From Rhizodiscina lignyota (Eukaryota): DNA of 64,000 nucleotides. The first letter of the stretch is position 1; each line of letters opens with the position of its first letter. The stretch covers positions 1-64,000 of the forward strand of contig ML978123.1 of NCBI GenBank assembly GCA_010015805.1, written 5' to 3'. Made by a program: the position numbers and the translations under genes. Shown one piece after another: positions 61,164 through 64,000 of the stretch. A model generated the notes under the pieces. That model did not search any database and had not been told where the DNA came from. It worked only from the letters and a program-made list of their open reading frames with translations.

Positions 61164-63158
61164 ATGCGTTTTCTCTCCATCTCGTCTCTCGTTGCTGTGG
61201 CGCAAGCTGCTAGCCTGTGGAAACCCGAAGCTCGTTCTACATACGCGCTGAAGGAAGCCCATAATGTACCTCGCCAATGGACCCGTGTTGGTCCAGCGCC
61301 CAAGGACCACATCATCAATCTGCAAATTGGCTTGAAACAAAGCCAATTTGAGGATCTTGAGAGACATTTGTACGAAGGTACGGTTCAATTGAAGCTTGAG
61401 TGGTAGCAAACTTGAAGTCTAATTCACATTTAGTTTCGGATCCTACGCATGAGCGCTATGGTCAACACCTCACGGCAGACGAGGTGAATGAGCTGGTCAA
61501 GCCAACGGACTACACTCTGAACTCAGTTCTCGAATGGCTCTTGGGTGCTGGAATTGGAGCGGAGAAGCTGAGCTACACTCCGGCCAAGGACTGGATCAAG
61601 GTCGCATTGCCAGTCGATGAAGTAGAGCGCCTGCTTGACACCGACTACTCCGTCTACATGCACCAAGAAGAGGGCCATTACTTGGTCCGCACGCCGAAAT
61701 GGTCTCTGCCGTTGCACCTCCATGAGCACATTGAAGCTATTCAGCCTACCAATGCCTTCATGCGCCCAGAGTCACAAGGCCGAACGTTGAAGCCGATTGC
61801 ACCGGAACACGCCTCTACTGCCGCATTCAAGGCTCACTACGGCTCTCCAAGTTATCCAGACGTTTCCAAAGTGTGCAACGCTTCGCTCGTGACGCCGACG
61901 TGCTTGCGCACGCTGTACGGCACCATAAACTACAAGCCTCAAGCAGCGGGCAAGAACAAGATCGCCTTGAACAACTTCCTCGGCGAGGTTCAAGCACGCT
62001 CAGACGTCGGCAAATTCCTCGCGCAATTCCGCCCTGATGCGAAAGGTGCTGAAGACAAGTTCAAGAATGTCATTATTGCCGACGCGGCACCAGACTTGGA
62101 GTTCTTGAACACAACTCAGATTACGGCCCAGACTGGTCTCGAGGGCTCGCTCGATGCGGAGACAATCATTGGTATCACCTACCCAACGCCATTGATCGCA
62201 TATTCGACTGGTGGCTCTCCTCCCTTTGTCCCAGACCTCGCCACAACAACTGATACGAACGAACCATATCTCGTCTGGGTGCAATACGTCTTGGGTCTCA
62301 AGGATTCAGAACTCCCGCAGACTGTCTCAACCTCTTACGGAGATGACGAGCAGACTGTCCCAGAGTCATACGCCAAGAAGGTCTGCAGCCTCCTTGCTCA
62401 ACTGGGCGCCCGCGGTGTTACTTCCCTTCACTCCAGCGGTGACAGTGGCGTCGGTTCCAATGGAACCTGCAAGTCCAACGACGGCAAGAACACCACCCAA
62501 TTCCTTCCTGCCTTCCCTGCCTCCTGCCCATATGTTACCACTGTCGGTGGTGTCATGGACTTCGCTCCCGAAGTCGCAGCTTTCGATCCCCGCAACGGCT
62601 TCGCCTCTGGTGGCGGCTTCAGCAACTACTTCCCTGTCCCGAGTTACCAAGCCTCGACCGTGAAGTCCTACGTCGCTAGCCTCAAGGGCGAATTCGACGG
62701 TCTCTACAACAAAGGTGGCCGCGCATACCCTGATATCTCCGCTCAGAGCGTCGCCTTTGCTGTTGAGTGGAACGGCACTGTGGTTCGCCTCGATGGCACC
62801 AGCGCTGCGTGCCCGACTGCCGCGAGCGTGATCAGTTTGTTGAACGATGCACTCATCGCAGCGGGCAAGAAGCCCTTGGGTTTCTTGAACCCCTTGTTGT
62901 ATAAGAGTCTGCACAGCGGCTTCCATGATGTCACGAGCGGGAGCGCGATTGGGTGCTCGGAGACTGGGAATCCATTGGGTTTCCCGGCGAAGAAGGGATG
63001 GGATGCGGTTACAGGTTGGGGATCTCCGGTAAGTCTCGAAGTGATGATAGTAAATATTCTGAATGCTAATGACTGAATAGGATTTCCCGGCTCTCAAGGA
63101 CCTGCTGCTTGGGAAGAAGAAGAGGAGTGACTATAAGCCGCGGGGTGCGAGGCAATAA
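61164..63158 (+). CDS. Tripeptidyl-peptidase / sedolisin (peptidase S53); exons 61164-61377, 61434-63028, 63081-63158
   Basis: Signal peptide; prodomain (VSDPTHERYGQHLT); catalytic EGSLD, SSGDSG and GTSAACP; GRAYPDISA; Ca-site WDAVTGWGSP. Confidence 0.95.
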
Positions 63159-63404
63159 ATACGGGTAGATGTGGCGGAAGAAGACTGACGACATTGGATG
63201 ACTAATGTGGAATATTCTCCTGTATATTTATCTTGTATGAATGCTGCAATCAATGAATATGCGGACGGAATAGAACCATTTTGCAGATGTTCGTTTTGTG
63301 GTGACAAGTACCAACGCCCATGCATGGCCATTGGGGCAAGCAAGATGTAGTTCATCGTCCTCCTCGTCTCATTATCCCCCTCGTCTTCATCGTCCTCCTC
63401 GCCT

Positions 63405-64000
63405 TCATGTACCGATTGTCTCATGCTCTTGGTTCTGCGGTGCCTCGCACAGATTTCTATGAATATCCCAGTCGTGAGTTTGGCAGTCTTTGGAGCAGTA
63501 CCACGTGGAGCGACATCTTGAGCATTGGAGCAATTTCTCGGGCTTCTTCTTACAATATGTGCAAATCTTCGCAGAGCTTTTTTGATAAAGCCAGTGCGGA
63601 TTCACAGTTCTTTTCCCATTGATGTCAAGCGTGATCTTCGCAGTTCCATACGTGGATTTCTTCCATCTCTTTTGATGGAATACGTCCACTGTCATATTCC
63701 TCCCAGCGCCTCTGATTGTTGTCGGGTTCGTGATCGCATCGCCCCAGATATAACCAGAGATGGGCTTCCACGATCCATCTTCTTTGATTCCAAAGGAAGC
63801 CTGGCATTCCCATCCATCATCCATGTTAAGGTAGGTACCGAAAGTGACCACACGATCGTTCCGTGCGATAATCAGCAGAGCGCCTTTGTCTTGGGCCTTC
63901 TTCGAATACTGGAATTTATTTCCCCATTCCACTGAGTTGTACTTGTCCGTGTCGAGGAATGCACGGAGGGCATTCGGATGCAAGTTGTAGAGGCATGTGG
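63405..64000 (-). CDS. MYND zinc-finger protein, partial (5' end beyond the window)
   Basis: CTYC...LLQCSRCRSTWYCSKDCQTHDWDIHRNLC matches the MYND pattern. The frame is open to the window edge. Confidence 0.8.
   Translation of the reverse strand, partial: TCLYNLHPNALRAFLDTDKYNSVEWGNKFQYSKKAQDKGALLIIARNDRVVTFGTYLNMDDGWECQASFGIKEDGSWKPISGYIWGDAITNPTTIRGAGRNMTVDVFHQKRWKKSTYGTAKITLDINGKRTVNPHWLYQKSSAKICTYCKKKPEKLLQCSRCRSTWYCSKDCQTHDWDIHRNLCEAPQNQEHETIGT

Noticed and set aside
62366..63097. 243-aa minus-strand ORF (likewise 42252-43064 minus and 28724-29341 plus)
   Set aside because: Antisense shadows of better-supported genes.
63128..63133. TGACTA readthrough motif near the sedolisin 3' end
   Set aside because: The TGA is out of frame with the spliced CDS.
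1..64000. CRISPR arrays, rRNA genes, intact transposons, telomeric repeats
   Set aside because: None seen. The context is eukaryotic and no transposase or reverse transcriptase motifs appear in the ORF track.

Overview
This window is intron-containing genomic DNA from a filamentous ascomycete (Pezizomycotina-type gene content; short GT-AG introns with CTRAY-like branch sites; species not identifiable). About 21 protein-coding genes can be supported, most only after splicing by hand. Recognisable genes: the conserved head-to-head pair of myosin-motor chitin synthases (class V csmA, minus; class VII csmB, plus), a cytochrome P450, a secreted tyrosinase-like di-copper protein, a PH-domain protein, L-2-hydroxyglutarate dehydrogenase, a dual-specificity phosphatase-like protein, a Pro-1 tautomerase, an LRR-like protein, a SAM methyltransferase-like protein, a pirin, a GPI-type Ser/Ala-rich wall protein, ALKBH6, a TPP-dependent enzyme, a sedolisin (S53) peptidase and a partial MYND-finger gene, plus several orphan ORFs. 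The most unusual item is non-coding: about 137 nt at 46578-46714 with a tRNA-type A-box and B-box and an oligo-T terminator. It does not form a cloverleaf; by hand it folds into two long hairpins with a possible pseudoknot, making it a candidate uncharacterised Pol III ncRNA. Also notable: a 29-heptad Thr/Leu coiled-coil protein, a divergent pair of orphan membrane-protein genes, and a degenerate 168-bp repeat family. All calls rest on motif recognition by eye; no database searches were run.
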